From Hyalangium minutum (GTDB lineage Bacteria > Myxococcota > Myxococcia > Myxococcales > Myxococcaceae), in the NCBI RefSeq assembly GCF_000737315.1, contig NZ_JMCB01000013.1:20001-268000 (forward strand): a stretch of DNA of 248,000 nucleotides. The letters are read 5' to 3'. Shown piece by piece: positions 143,850-154,032 of this stretch. Within the stretch, counting starts at the first letter, position 1; each line of letters begins with the position of its first letter. The notes beneath the pieces were generated by a model. That model worked only from the letters and a program-made list of their open reading frames with translations. It was not told the DNA's origin and searched no databases. Both the position numbers and the translations under genes were made by a program.

Positions 143850-144911
143850 CTAGCGAGGCCGCGCGTTCACCGTGGCGGCGGGCAGATGGAGCCGCAGCTC
143901 GAAGGGCGCCTCGTCCTGGATCGAAAGGGCACCCCCCAGCCGCTGCAGGAGCTGCTCCAGCCGCGCCAGCTTCCGGGCCATCAGCAGCCGGGGCCGGTCC
144001 GTGGACACGCTCAGCGTCCACATGCCCAGCTTCTCCTGCTCCTCGATGTGCACCCGCACCACGCCGACCCGTGAGGTGCCCAGATCCCTGGCCAGCAGCC
144101 GCGTCAGCTGCGTCACCACCGAGCGAGGACCTCGCACCGGTGCCCACTTCGCCGAGCACTCGAAGTGCAGGGGGAGCTTCCGGGCCCGCGCCATCGGCTC
144201 GAAGGCCTCGAGCGCCAGGGCGCGCAGATCCTCCGGCGCCCCGCCGCGCGAGAGCTGCCGGGAGATGAGCTGGCCCATCATCTGGGTGGAGCCCTGCATG
144301 CGCTCCACATATTTCTCCATGGTGGGCGTGAGCTCGCCCGTCATGCCCTTGCGCATCATCTCCAGGTAGCCCTGGATGACGAGCAGCGGAGTCCGCAGGT
144401 CGTGAGAAGCCCGGGAGCGGTTGCTCTCCCGATAGGACAGCTCGCGCTGCAGCTGCCGCAACTGTTGGCAAAGCGAGGCTTGCCTGCCCTGAAGGCTGGC
144501 CTCTCGCCTCCACGCCTTGAGGAGCGAACCCGCCAGCCCGGCGAAGCGCTCCAGTGTCTCGCGTTGTTCTCCGCTGGTCCGCTCCGGAATCACTCCGAGT
144601 GACGAGCGGCCCTCCTCTATTGGAATGAGCTGGGAGGCGCGCAGACGGGACAGGGAAGGCAGCCGCAGCCCCGCCTCCGCAATCCGCACCCGCCCCTCAT
144701 GGAGGGCGATGCCCGCCACCCCCGTGAGCCGCAGGGCTTCCTTCAGGAGCGCGTCGATGCCCGCGCGAGCCCCGTCCCGGAGAGAGCGCTCGGCCACCGC
144801 CGCCAGCGATCGCTCCACCTCTATTACTCCAACAGAATCTTCGGGCCGACGCCCGCTCAACGCTCCGGCATGCACGTGGCTAGGAATGAGCACGCCTTCA
144901 GATAGGCGCAA
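143850..144911 (-). CDS. HisKA-containing protein with degenerate ATPase domain
   Basis: SHDLRTPL H-box; no N or G boxes visible. Confidence 0.7.
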   Translation of the reverse strand: MRLSEGVLIPSHVHAGALSGRRPEDSVGVIEVERSLAAVAERSLRDGARAGIDALLKEALRLTGVAGIALHEGRVRIAEAGLRLPSLSRLRASQLIPIEEGRSSLGVIPERTSGEQRETLERFAGLAGSLLKAWRREASLQGRQASLCQQLRQLQRELSYRESNRSRASHDLRTPLLVIQGYLEMMRKGMTGELTPTMEKYVERMQGSTQMMGQLISRQLSRGGAPEDLRALALEAFEPMARARKLPLHFECSAKWAPVRGPRSVVTQLTRLLARDLGTSRVGVVRVHIEEQEKLGMWTLSVSTDRPRLLMARKLARLEQLLQRLGGALSIQDEAPFELRLHLPAATVNARPR

Positions 144912-145092
144912 CGGTACCCACTCTGAGGACTGATCGACACACGACAGAGAAACGACTTTCCCTCTCCGCGTGCGCAGTCATGGCGTTTTTACCGGTGCGC
145001 AGACCCCTCGGGAGACCCAACCCCAACAAGATCCACGGCTTACCCCTGGCCGGGCGATTGCTAACCGCTGACCCGGAGCGCGAAAGGGGCGG

Positions 145093-147168
145093 ATGGGGAC
145101 CTTCGACTATTACACGACGCTGGTTCGACTCGCTCCGGCAGCCGTCGCGAAGAGCGCGGTACGCCGGGTGCAGGGGGTTGCGAGGCAGGCTCTCTATCGC
145201 CGCCGGTACCGGGTGGATGAGCTGCGGATCCTCCAGGCGTATGGGGCCGAGTCCGCGGCGGAGCTCGCGGGCAAGCTCCTGGAGACGCGCCACTCCAGCG
145301 TGTGGTGTGAGCACCGTCAGCGCCGGTCTGTGCTCGAGGCGCTCGCGGCCGTGCCGGGTGCCCGGGAGCGGGCGCTGGAGCGGGCCGAGGCGGCGCTCCG
145401 CCAGGAGTTCCGTGTCTTCGGCACGCGCGTGGCCTTCGGTGAGGGCCGGTCGGTGGAGTGGTCCCTGGATCCGGTGAGCGGCTACCGCTACCCGCTGGAG
145501 CCCGTGGAGCAGCTCCAGTTGGTGCGGCCCGGGACGGATCCCAAGTACCCGTGGGTGCTCGGGCGGCTCGACAGCCTCGTGGCGCTGGGGCAGGGCTACT
145601 GGGTGGAGGAGAGCGAGCAGGCACGTTCCCGCTACGCGCGCGCCTTCGTGCTGCAGACGCTGGATTTTCTGCAGGCCAACCCTCCTGGGCAGGGTGTGCA
145701 GTGGGCGTGCACCATGGAGGTGTCGCTGCGGGCGGCCAACATCGCGCAGGCGCTCGCCATGTTCGCGGAGGCGCCCGAGGTTCAGCGGCCCGAGTTCCTC
145801 GTGCCCGTGCTGAGCTCGCTCGCCGAGCACACCGCGTGGGTGGAAGCGCATCCGGAGGACCAGGGCGCGGTCCCCAACAATCACCTCATCGCCAACTACG
145901 TGGGCCTGCTGGTGGTGGGCCTGCTGTTCCCGGAGCTCCCGGGCGCGTCGAACCAGGTGGCGCTGGCGGTGAAGACGCTGCGCACGCAGGTGCTGGCGCA
146001 GGTGCACGAGGATGGCACCTCCTTTGAGGGCTCCACCTCCTATCACCGGCTCGTGGTGGAGTTGTGCACCCTGGCGCACGTGGTGGCGCTCCGGGCCGGC
146101 GTGATGCTGGGCAAGGACTTCGAGGAGCGCCTCCTCAAGATGTTCCGCGCCACGCGCGCTTGGTGCTCCGAGCAAGGGCGGGTGGCTCAGATCGGCGACA
146201 ACGATTCCTGCCGCGTCTTCCCGCTCCGGGAGCGCGACGATCAGGACCACGGCTATCTGGCTCCGCTGGGCGCGGCGCTCTTCGGCGACGCCTCGCTGGC
146301 GGGCGGCGAGTTCCCGGACGAGGCGGCGTGGCTGCTGGGCAAGCCGGGCCTGGAGCGCTTCCAGGCGCTGGGGACGGCTCCAGCGCCCTCCTCGGTGTGC
146401 TTCCACTCGGGGGGCTTCCACGTGCTGCGTGGAGCGGGGGCTGTCGTCACCATCAGCGCGGGCCGTCAGGGGCAGCGCGGGGTGGGCGGGCACAGCCACA
146501 ACGACAAGCTCTCCTTCGAGCTGCACCTGGGCGGAGAGCCCGTGATCGTGGATCCGGGGACAGGCACGTACACGCGGGACGCGATGGTCCGGAACTTCTT
146601 TCGCGGCACCTCGGCGCACAACACGCTGGTGGTGGACGCGGTGGAGCAGGCTCCCTTGGAGCCCGAGCGTCTCTTCGCGCTGCCCGAGGACGCCCGGGCC
146701 CGGGTGGAGGTGTTCCAGCCGGGCGCGCAGCTGGATCGGCTCACCGTGCGGCACGACGGGTACCGGACGCTGCCGTCGCCCGTGGGCATCGAGCGGACCT
146801 TCTACCTGGACAAGCGGGAGCGTGCGCTCGCGGTGACGGATCGGCTCGTCGGTACGGGGGCGCACGAGGTGGTGGGCCGGCTGTACCTGCCGGACGAGCA
146901 CGTGCGGCTGCGTCCCGCCTCGACCTGGGAGATTGCGCGGGCCTTGCGTGTGCCGGATGCGCCGCGGGCCTTCGAGCCGCTGTGCGTGGAGTTGGGGCCA
147001 GAGGACGCGCCGAGGGCGTGTGTGCTCTTCGCCTCGGGACTGACGCCCCGGTTGGACGGGGCCCTGTACTCGCCGGGCTACGGGCGGGTGAGGCCGGCGT
147101 CGGTGGTGACTTACGGGGCACGTCGCGTGCCTCCGGCATGGCTGCGGTGGGTGGTCGTCTTTTCGTGA
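145093..147168 (+). CDS. Heparinase II/III family protein
   Basis: NNHLIAN, FEGSTSYH, HSHND.LS, DPGTGTY. Confidence 0.88.
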   Translation: MGTFDYYTTLVRLAPAAVAKSAVRRVQGVARQALYRRRYRVDELRILQAYGAESAAELAGKLLETRHSSVWCEHRQRRSVLEALAAVPGARERALERAEAALRQEFRVFGTRVAFGEGRSVEWSLDPVSGYRYPLEPVEQLQLVRPGTDPKYPWVLGRLDSLVALGQGYWVEESEQARSRYARAFVLQTLDFLQANPPGQGVQWACTMEVSLRAANIAQALAMFAEAPEVQRPEFLVPVLSSLAEHTAWVEAHPEDQGAVPNNHLIANYVGLLVVGLLFPELPGASNQVALAVKTLRTQVLAQVHEDGTSFEGSTSYHRLVVELCTLAHVVALRAGVMLGKDFEERLLKMFRATRAWCSEQGRVAQIGDNDSCRVFPLRERDDQDHGYLAPLGAALFGDASLAGGEFPDEAAWLLGKPGLERFQALGTAPAPSSVCFHSGGFHVLRGAGAVVTISAGRQGQRGVGGHSHNDKLSFELHLGGEPVIVDPGTGTYTRDAMVRNFFRGTSAHNTLVVDAVEQAPLEPERLFALPEDARARVEVFQPGAQLDRLTVRHDGYRTLPSPVGIERTFYLDKRERALAVTDRLVGTGAHEVVGRLYLPDEHVRLRPASTWEIARALRVPDAPRAFEPLCVELGPEDAPRACVLFASGLTPRLDGALYSPGYGRVRPASVVTYGARRVPPAWLRWVVVFS

Positions 147169-147221
147169 ACGGTGTTGTTGAGGCGCCGTGTCCCGCGGCG
147201 CCTTGCTTGGAGGGAGTACAG

Positions 147222-148547
147222 ATGCGCGTCATGGTCAGCCCGCTCGTGGATATGATCCGCAAGCGGGAAGCTAAAGTGGGGGTTGTCGGTCTGGGCTACG
147301 TGGGGCTTCCGCTCGGCATGGCGTTCGCCGATGCGGGGTTCCCGGTGATGGGGCTCGATATCGACAAGCGCAAGATTGACAAGATCGCCAAGGGGGAGAG
147401 CTACATCAAGCACATCCCCAGCGAGCCGCTGAAGAAGCTGAGCAGCGAGGGCAAGCTCAAGGCGACGACGGACTTCGCCAAGGCCAAGGAGATGGACTGC
147501 ATCGTCATCTGCGTGCCCACGCCGCTGACGGCGTCGCGTGAGCCGGACATGACGTACATCGTCCAGACGGGCGAGGCGCTGTCCCCGTACGTGCGCCGTA
147601 ACCAGCTCTTCGTGCTGGAGTCCACCACCTACCCGGGCACCACCGAGGAGGTGCTCAAGCCGCTGCTGGAGAAGAGCGGCCTGAAGGCGGGCGTGGACTT
147701 CCACCTGGCCTTCAGCCCCGAGCGCGAGGATCCGGGCAACAAGAGCTTCAACACGAAGACGATCCCGAAGATCGTCGGCGGCTTCACGCCGGCGTGCCTC
147801 GAGGTGGCGCAGGCCCTGTACTCCAGCGCGCTGAAGGAGACGGTGCCGGTGTCCTCCACGCGCGTGGCGGAGCTCTCCAAGCTGCTGGAGAACATCTTCC
147901 GCTGCGTGAACATCGCCATGGTCAACGAGATGAAGATGCTCTGCGACCGCATGAACATCGACGTGTGGGAGGTCATCCAGGCGGCGAGCACCAAGCCGTT
148001 CGGCTTCATGCCCTTCTTCCCGGGCCCGGGCCTGGGCGGTCACTGCATCCCGATCGATCCGTTCTACCTGACGTGGAAGGCGCGCGAGTACGAGTTCCAC
148101 ACCAAGTTCATCGAGCTGGCCGGCGAGGTGAACACGCAGATGCCGTACTACGTGGTGCAGCGCACCATGGAGGCGCTCAACCAGCACAAGAAGACGCTCA
148201 ATGGCGCCAAGGTGCTGTGCTTGGGTGCGGCGTACAAGAAGGACATCGACGACATGCGCGAGAGCCCGAGCCTCCGCGTCATCTCGTTGCTCAAGGAGAA
148301 GGGTGCCGTGGTCAGCTACCACGACCCGTACGTGCCGAAGCTGGAGAAGGGCCACGGCTTCAACTTCGAGATGACCTCCGTGCCGCTGTCGCCGGAGACG
148401 CTCGGCCAGTACGACGCGGTGGTGATCCTCACGGACCACTCCAACATCGACTACTCCATGGTGGTGAAGAAGTCCCAGTGCGTCGTCGACACGCGCAACG
148501 CCACGAAGCACGTGGGACCGGGCCGTGAGAAGGTGACGAAGGCCTAG
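147222..148547 (+). CDS. UDP-N-acetyl-sugar dehydrogenase
   Basis: GLGYVG, ESTTYPG, GLGGHC, YKKDIDD.RES. Confidence 0.93.
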   Translation: MRVMVSPLVDMIRKREAKVGVVGLGYVGLPLGMAFADAGFPVMGLDIDKRKIDKIAKGESYIKHIPSEPLKKLSSEGKLKATTDFAKAKEMDCIVICVPTPLTASREPDMTYIVQTGEALSPYVRRNQLFVLESTTYPGTTEEVLKPLLEKSGLKAGVDFHLAFSPEREDPGNKSFNTKTIPKIVGGFTPACLEVAQALYSSALKETVPVSSTRVAELSKLLENIFRCVNIAMVNEMKMLCDRMNIDVWEVIQAASTKPFGFMPFFPGPGLGGHCIPIDPFYLTWKAREYEFHTKFIELAGEVNTQMPYYVVQRTMEALNQHKKTLNGAKVLCLGAAYKKDIDDMRESPSLRVISLLKEKGAVVSYHDPYVPKLEKGHGFNFEMTSVPLSPETLGQYDAVVILTDHSNIDYSMVVKKSQCVVDTRNATKHVGPGREKVTKA

Positions 148548-148651
148548 TTGCACGGGGGCTGATTGCCTCCCAAGCGAGGGTCCTCGCCGCTCTGGAGCAG
148601 GGCGGTGAGGACCTTCGGTGCATTGCGGGGTGGTTTCGGTACAGTGGGGCC

Positions 148652-150385
148652 GTGCGACTTCCCCTCTCGCCCGTCCTTCCCCTGTTGGCTGTCTCCGCTC
148701 TCCTGGCTGCCGCCGCGCCTCCGGCCGATCCGCGTCTGGAGATGGCGGATGCGATGATCGCTGAGCTGACCCGCAGCCAGCAACAGCTCCAGCTCAAGGG
148801 CCACGAGCCGCCGTACTTCATCAGCTACCAGCTCAAGGACTACGACCAGTACGCCATCGCCGCGCGCTACGGGGCGATCTTCACGGATGACGGCTCGCGG
148901 GATCGCCGGCTGGCGGCGGATGTGCGGGTGGGCTCGTACCAGTTCGACAGCTCGGTGCCCGAGGAGCAGGACTTCCTCGTCTCCACCAAGGGGACGAGCT
149001 ACTACGCGCGGCCGGACGGCCCGATCGACGACTCGCCGATGGCGCTGCGCACCGCGTTCTGGCTGCTGACGGATGAGAAGTACAAGTCCGCGCTGGCCCA
149101 GTTCCTCAAGAAGAAGGGCGAGGACGTCTATACGGTGGAGGATCCGAAGCGCCCGCCGTCCTTCTCCAAGGAGAGGCCGAACACGCACGTGCAGCCGTCC
149201 GTGGCGTTCCCGTTCGATCGGGAGCGGTGGCGCAAGGTGGCGCGGATGCTGTCGGCCCGGTTCAACGGGCATCCGGAGATCTTCGACTCGGATGTGCGCG
149301 TCACGGCAGACAAGGTGATGCGCGTGTTCGTCTCCACGGAGGGCAGCCGCATCATCACCGAGGAGACGCTCTACGGGCTGCACGTCACCGCGGTGGCTCG
149401 CGCGGAGGACGGGCAGCTGCTGGACAACTCGCGCAACTACTACACGCCCACCGAGGCGGGGCTTCCGGACGACAAGACGCTGCTGGAGGCCACGGACAAG
149501 GTGATCACGGAGCTGCTGGCGCTGCGGAAGGCGCCCGCGATCGATCCGTATACAGGGCCGGCGATCCTGGCGCCCGAGGCCTCGGGCGTGCTGTTCCACG
149601 AGGTGCTGGGGCACCGGCTCGAGGGGCACCGGCAGGCAGACGATCGCGAGGGCAAGACGTTCCGAGGCCAGGAGGGCAAGCAGGTCCTGCCGCCCTTCCT
149701 CTCCATCTCCGATGACCCAACGGTGCGAGAGCTGAGCGGGGAGAAGCTCAACGGCTATTACCTCTATGACGAGGAGGGCGTGAAGGCGCAGCGGGTGCCG
149801 CTGGTGGAGAAGGGCGTGCTGCGCAACTACCTGCTGTCGCGCCAGCCGGTGGAGGGCTTCCTGCAGTCCAACGGGCATGGCCGGAGCCAGGGCTCGCAGC
149901 GGCCGGTGGCGCGCATGGCGAACCTGCTCGTGGACTCCACGAAGCAGGTGTCCGACGAGGAGCTGAAGCGGCAGCTGATCGCGGAGGCGAAGCGGCAGGG
150001 CAAGCCGTACGGGCTCATCATCCGCGACATTACCGGCGGCAACACCAACACCTCCAGCTACGGCTACCAGGCATTCAAGGGCGTGCCCCGGATGGTGTTC
150101 CGGGTGGATGTGCGGGATGGGAAGGAGACGCTGGTGCGGGGCGTGGAGATCGTCGGCACGCCGCTGTCGGCGGTGAACCGGATCCTGGCCTCGGGCAGTA
150201 GGCAGGGCGTGTTCAACGGGTTCTGCGGCGCGGAGAGCGGGATGGTGCCTGTGTCCACCGTGGCGCCTGCGATGCTGCTCCAGGAGATCGAACTGCAGCG
150301 GACGATGGAGGGTAAGGACCGCCCACCGATCCTCTCCAGCCCCTCGGCCGCTTCGCGGCAGCCCGAGGCGAAGAAGCAGGAGTAG
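148652..150385 (+). CDS. TldD/PmbA family protein
   Basis: FHEVLGHRLE, YDEEG, CGAESG. Confidence 0.85.
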   Translation: MRLPLSPVLPLLAVSALLAAAAPPADPRLEMADAMIAELTRSQQQLQLKGHEPPYFISYQLKDYDQYAIAARYGAIFTDDGSRDRRLAADVRVGSYQFDSSVPEEQDFLVSTKGTSYYARPDGPIDDSPMALRTAFWLLTDEKYKSALAQFLKKKGEDVYTVEDPKRPPSFSKERPNTHVQPSVAFPFDRERWRKVARMLSARFNGHPEIFDSDVRVTADKVMRVFVSTEGSRIITEETLYGLHVTAVARAEDGQLLDNSRNYYTPTEAGLPDDKTLLEATDKVITELLALRKAPAIDPYTGPAILAPEASGVLFHEVLGHRLEGHRQADDREGKTFRGQEGKQVLPPFLSISDDPTVRELSGEKLNGYYLYDEEGVKAQRVPLVEKGVLRNYLLSRQPVEGFLQSNGHGRSQGSQRPVARMANLLVDSTKQVSDEELKRQLIAEAKRQGKPYGLIIRDITGGNTNTSSYGYQAFKGVPRMVFRVDVRDGKETLVRGVEIVGTPLSAVNRILASGSRQGVFNGFCGAESGMVPVSTVAPAMLLQEIELQRTMEGKDRPPILSSPSAASRQPEAKKQE

Positions 150386-150402
150386 GGCGGTACGTCCTTC
150401 GT

Positions 150403-151320
150403 TCAGCTCCCGGGTGCTTCTGCGGGTTCTTCTGGAGCACTTTGCTCCTCGGAGGGAGCAAGAGCATCGGGGGAGGGGTGCAGCAAGCGCCCGCCCTTGA
150501 AGCCTCTCAGGCGCAAGTAGCGCGAGAAGTCCCGGAGAAAGGCCTCGGGCGGTAGCCCCACGATGGAGGTGAAGGCCCCCGGGAAGTCCGGCCCCCGGCT
150601 CATCTCCTCCAGCAGCTTGCGCACCGTGTCCTCCCCATAGCGGTTCACCAGGAAGCTGAAGGCGTGGTGGGCTGCTCCGTAGGCCACGGGCATCTGCTCG
150701 GCGTAGAGCGGCTCGGGGCGCAGCAGGGGTTCCCAGGAGGGATTCTCCTCCAGCGTCCGTGCGAGGGTCTCCAGTGTGGGCCAGCGGTAGCCCTGGTTCG
150801 CCGTGTACGAGGCCATGCCCTCGCGGAACCATCCGGGGATCTTCTTCTGCCGCCAGCCGCCCAGGTCCGCCGCCGCCTGGTACATCACCGTGTGCGTCAG
150901 CTCATGCAGGAGTGTCTCGTTCAGGTCCTGCTGCGTGGCGCTCAGCGGGCTCCAGGTCTCCGGCGCTTGCACATCCACCACGTCGTAGCGCGCCCACGCC
151001 CGCAGCCACTCGTAACCCGAGCGCTTCGCGGCTCGCTCCAGGGACTTGTGATCCGGATGGACCCGCACCGTTACCGGCTCGTGGAGCCTGCCCCACTTCA
151101 CGAGCTGGTGCCCTGCATTCTCCAGCGCGGCTCGGACCATGAGCGCGCCCGCCTCCTCGCGGGAGGGGTACTCGATGCGGAAGGTCCCCACCGCTGTCTC
151201 CACCGTGAGGAGCTCGGCCTTCAGCCCAGAGCGTGGCCCCACGCATCCGGCGCTCACCCACAGTGCGAGCACCGCGCTGGCCATCGTTCCCCTGTGGCTC
151301 CTGCCCACCGTCACGCGCAC
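150403..151320 (-). CDS. Peptidase MA-like lipoprotein
   Basis: HELTH...WFREG. Confidence 0.75.
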   Translation of the reverse strand: MRVTVGRSHRGTMASAVLALWVSAGCVGPRSGLKAELLTVETAVGTFRIEYPSREEAGALMVRAALENAGHQLVKWGRLHEPVTVRVHPDHKSLERAAKRSGYEWLRAWARYDVVDVQAPETWSPLSATQQDLNETLLHELTHTVMYQAAADLGGWRQKKIPGWFREGMASYTANQGYRWPTLETLARTLEENPSWEPLLRPEPLYAEQMPVAYGAAHHAFSFLVNRYGEDTVRKLLEEMSRGPDFPGAFTSIVGLPPEAFLRDFSRYLRLRGFKGGRLLHPSPDALAPSEEQSAPEEPAEAPGS

Positions 151321-151321
151321 C

Positions 151322-152296
151322 TCACTCCGCGTCCAGCCAGCGCAACACCGTGCGCCCCACGTCCGCCACGGTGGCCAGCGCCTCCACCTCTGGCGCAGGC
151401 GGCCCGAAGTAGAGCACGGGCACGGGGTTCAGGGTGTGGCTCCGTGTCGAGAGATCCTCCACGTTGCCGTGATCGCTGCAGATCAACACCCGCGCATCCG
151501 GCGGCCGCAGGGCCACGATCTCCCGCGCGAAGGCATCGAAGGTGTCCAGGGCCGCCAGGGCTGCCTCGAAGTCTTGCGCGTGCCCGGCCTCGTCAGCCAG
151601 GTAGTGCTCGAAGAAGGTGAAGTCCACGCCCTCGGCCACCTGCCAGAAGATCCGCGCTGCTTCCTCGGGCGTGCGCTGGGGCACGGACAAGCCCATGCGG
151701 TGCGCGTGAGTGCCGGTGATGTCATGGGTGAGCCCGTCCCCCGCGCGCGCGTCATCCAGCGTGCGCAGGGGTACGCCTCCCGCCGCGAAGGCCAGGGTGG
151801 ATGCCGAGGGCTTCAAGCGCTTCGCTGCCGCAGGAGGGAAGACGAACTCCGGGGGCGTGGTGGAGGCTCGCCGGTGCAGCTTCAGCAGGTCCAGGTATGG
151901 CGCCGCGTAGCTGTTGGCGAAGGTGGCGGTGCGCCCAGCGGCCACCAGCCGCTTCACGAGCGAGCGCTCCGCCAGGATCTCCCGCAGGGGTGGGTTCGGG
152001 TAGCCCAGCACGTGGCGCTGAATGAGGGCAGGCGCGGGGTCGCCCGTGAGGATGGCCGTCTGGTTGGAGGCTGACTGGGGGCGGCCCTCCACACCGAAAG
152101 TGGTATCCACAGGGATACACCACCCCCCTGGGGGCAGGGGGGTCCCGGGGGCGTCCCCGAACTGGGAGAGCAGGTGGGCCCTCCCAGCGAGCGGGTTCAC
152201 TGCCGTGTCCTTCCGGCCTACACCCACACCATCGATGAACAGGAGCGCGACTCGCACGATTTCTGACTGTATCCTCGAATTTCTGGAATCCGTCAC
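151322..152296 (-). CDS. Metalloenzyme (iPGM/alkaline phosphatase superfamily)
   Basis: FIDGVG, PQSA, DEAGH, SDHGN, H. Confidence 0.82.
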   Translation of the reverse strand: MTDSRNSRIQSEIVRVALLFIDGVGVGRKDTAVNPLAGRAHLLSQFGDAPGTPLPPGGWCIPVDTTFGVEGRPQSASNQTAILTGDPAPALIQRHVLGYPNPPLREILAERSLVKRLVAAGRTATFANSYAAPYLDLLKLHRRASTTPPEFVFPPAAAKRLKPSASTLAFAAGGVPLRTLDDARAGDGLTHDITGTHAHRMGLSVPQRTPEEAARIFWQVAEGVDFTFFEHYLADEAGHAQDFEAALAALDTFDAFAREIVALRPPDARVLICSDHGNVEDLSTRSHTLNPVPVLYFGPPAPEVEALATVADVGRTVLRWLDAE

Positions 152297-152298
152297 CC

Positions 152299-153387
152299 AT
152301 GGCCCTTCACGGCGACCTCTTCAGTTATCCGCTTCCTGAACTTCTGCAGTGGCTCGACGGCTCTCGCAAGACGGGGACGTTGCAGCTGTCCTGGGAGGCC
152401 GGGGAGCGCAAGATCTTCGTTCTCTCCGGCCAGGTGGTCGCCACCGCCAGCCGGGGGCTGCGTGAGCGCGTGGCCCGGCTCCTGGAGCTGGCCAAGCTGA
152501 GCTCGGGCAGCCGAGTGCTGGCCTCCTTCGAGGAGCTGCAGCGCACCCCGGATGTCGAGCAGGCCTTTGCCACTCACGGCGTGGACGTGCGCATGGTCCG
152601 GGAGATGGGGCGCGAGGAGCTCTTCAGCTCGATGATGGACCTGACCATCGCCGGGCGCGGCACGTTCCACTGGACGGAGGATGCGGACCGCACGGGCGAA
152701 GACTGGGTGCCCTCGGACATGAGCATCCGCGAGATGCTCTTCGAGTCCCTGCGCTGGGTGGACGAGCACGGGGATGTGGAGCAGGCGCTGCCCATCGACG
152801 CGATGAGCGTGCGGGCGGTGGCTCCGCCGAGCGCGAGCCAGCCGCTGTTGCACCGGGTGATCCTCACGCTGTGCGCCAACTCGCAGAACCTGGGGCGGCT
152901 GAGGCTGTCGATGGGGATGTCGCGATCGGCGGTGACGCGGCGGGTGTTCGATCTGCTGCGCTTGAAGCTGGTGGAGGTGGAGGGAGCGCCGCAGGTCGAG
153001 GCGGATCCGGTGGCGGAGATGCTGGAGAAGGGGCAGGTGTTGGTGCGTGAGGGACAGTACGACTCGGCGGGCATCATCTGCGCCTCGTTGCTGGCCAGTG
153101 ATCCGGCGGATCGGCGCGTGCGCGAGTTCGCCCGCATGGTCCAGCGCGAGCACGTGGCGGCCCTCTATGGGGAGCTGCCTCCGGTGGCGGTGCCGGTGCC
153201 GGTGCACGATCCGGAGGGCATGGCGCTGCTCAAGCCCGAGGAGCGTCAGATCGCCGGCCTGGTCAACGGCGGCTGGGATGTGTCGACCTTGGTGCTAGCC
153301 GTACCCGCGCGGGAGCTGGACACCCTGCGCACGTTGGCGAAGCTGGTGCGCATGGGCCTGGTGCAGCTCACCATGCCGATGCGCTGA
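152299..153387 (+). CDS. DUF4388 domain protein
   Basis: GDL....LPELLQ.L...RKTGTL. Confidence 0.85.
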   Translation: MALHGDLFSYPLPELLQWLDGSRKTGTLQLSWEAGERKIFVLSGQVVATASRGLRERVARLLELAKLSSGSRVLASFEELQRTPDVEQAFATHGVDVRMVREMGREELFSSMMDLTIAGRGTFHWTEDADRTGEDWVPSDMSIREMLFESLRWVDEHGDVEQALPIDAMSVRAVAPPSASQPLLHRVILTLCANSQNLGRLRLSMGMSRSAVTRRVFDLLRLKLVEVEGAPQVEADPVAEMLEKGQVLVREGQYDSAGIICASLLASDPADRRVREFARMVQREHVAALYGELPPVAVPVPVHDPEGMALLKPEERQIAGLVNGGWDVSTLVLAVPARELDTLRTLAKLVRMGLVQLTMPMR

Positions 153388-153434
153388 TCCAGGGCCTGTG
153401 ATGGAGGGAAGAGCGCGGCCCCAGCGCTGGCGGG

Positions 153435-153995
153435 CTATTGCAGGTGTGGAGCGCCCCCATCGGCTGAGGAGAGGCCCCCATCTGGACTGACAGTGGGGAC
153501 TCCCCCGTCTGCCTGTTCCGCCGGGCTCCTGGGCTTCCCTGCGTCCGGGACGCTGGGGCCCCAGGGAGCCTCAGGTTCAGTTCCGATGACCCGACGGAGA
153601 ATGCGGCCGTTGGTGCTGATGGCGTACTTCGCGCCCGTGTCCACGGAGATGTACTGCGGACCGCAGAAGTCAGGGTCCTCCATGATGCGGACAAAGATGA
153701 TGTCGTCCTGACGGATGATTCGATAGCGATATGCCTCCGGCCTCATCCAGCAGGGCCGGTTCTCGTTGTCCGAGGGGAGAAAGTCATGGACAGCGATGCT
153801 GAGGGCTCGGAGGAGCGTGCCATCCAGCTCGTACGGCTTCTGTCCGGCACCGACCGCCACCGCTGAGTCCGCGAAGAACGGTGGGAACGCAATGGACGGA
153901 TCGTTCTCCTGCGGGAGCTGGCGCGAGCCCGGGGACCGCGCACATCCCACGAGGATCAGGGCCGCAAGCCACAGGGACACGTTGGTCATCCGCAT
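153435..153995 (-). CDS. Hypothetical lipoprotein
   Basis: MRMTNVSLWLAALILVGC lipobox. Confidence 0.7.
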   Translation of the reverse strand: MRMTNVSLWLAALILVGCARSPGSRQLPQENDPSIAFPPFFADSAVAVGAGQKPYELDGTLLRALSIAVHDFLPSDNENRPCWMRPEAYRYRIIRQDDIIFVRIMEDPDFCGPQYISVDTGAKYAISTNGRILRRVIGTEPEAPWGPSVPDAGKPRSPAEQADGGVPTVSPDGGLSSADGGAPHLQ

Positions 153996-154032
153996 GGGGC
154001 CCTCTCGACGCACGTTCCGCCGCAGCAGGTGA

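Noticed and set aside
146064-148547. 827-aa ORF as a fusion protein
   Set aside because: The N-terminal part is an alternate frame of the heparinase gene; the real dehydrogenase starts at 147222.
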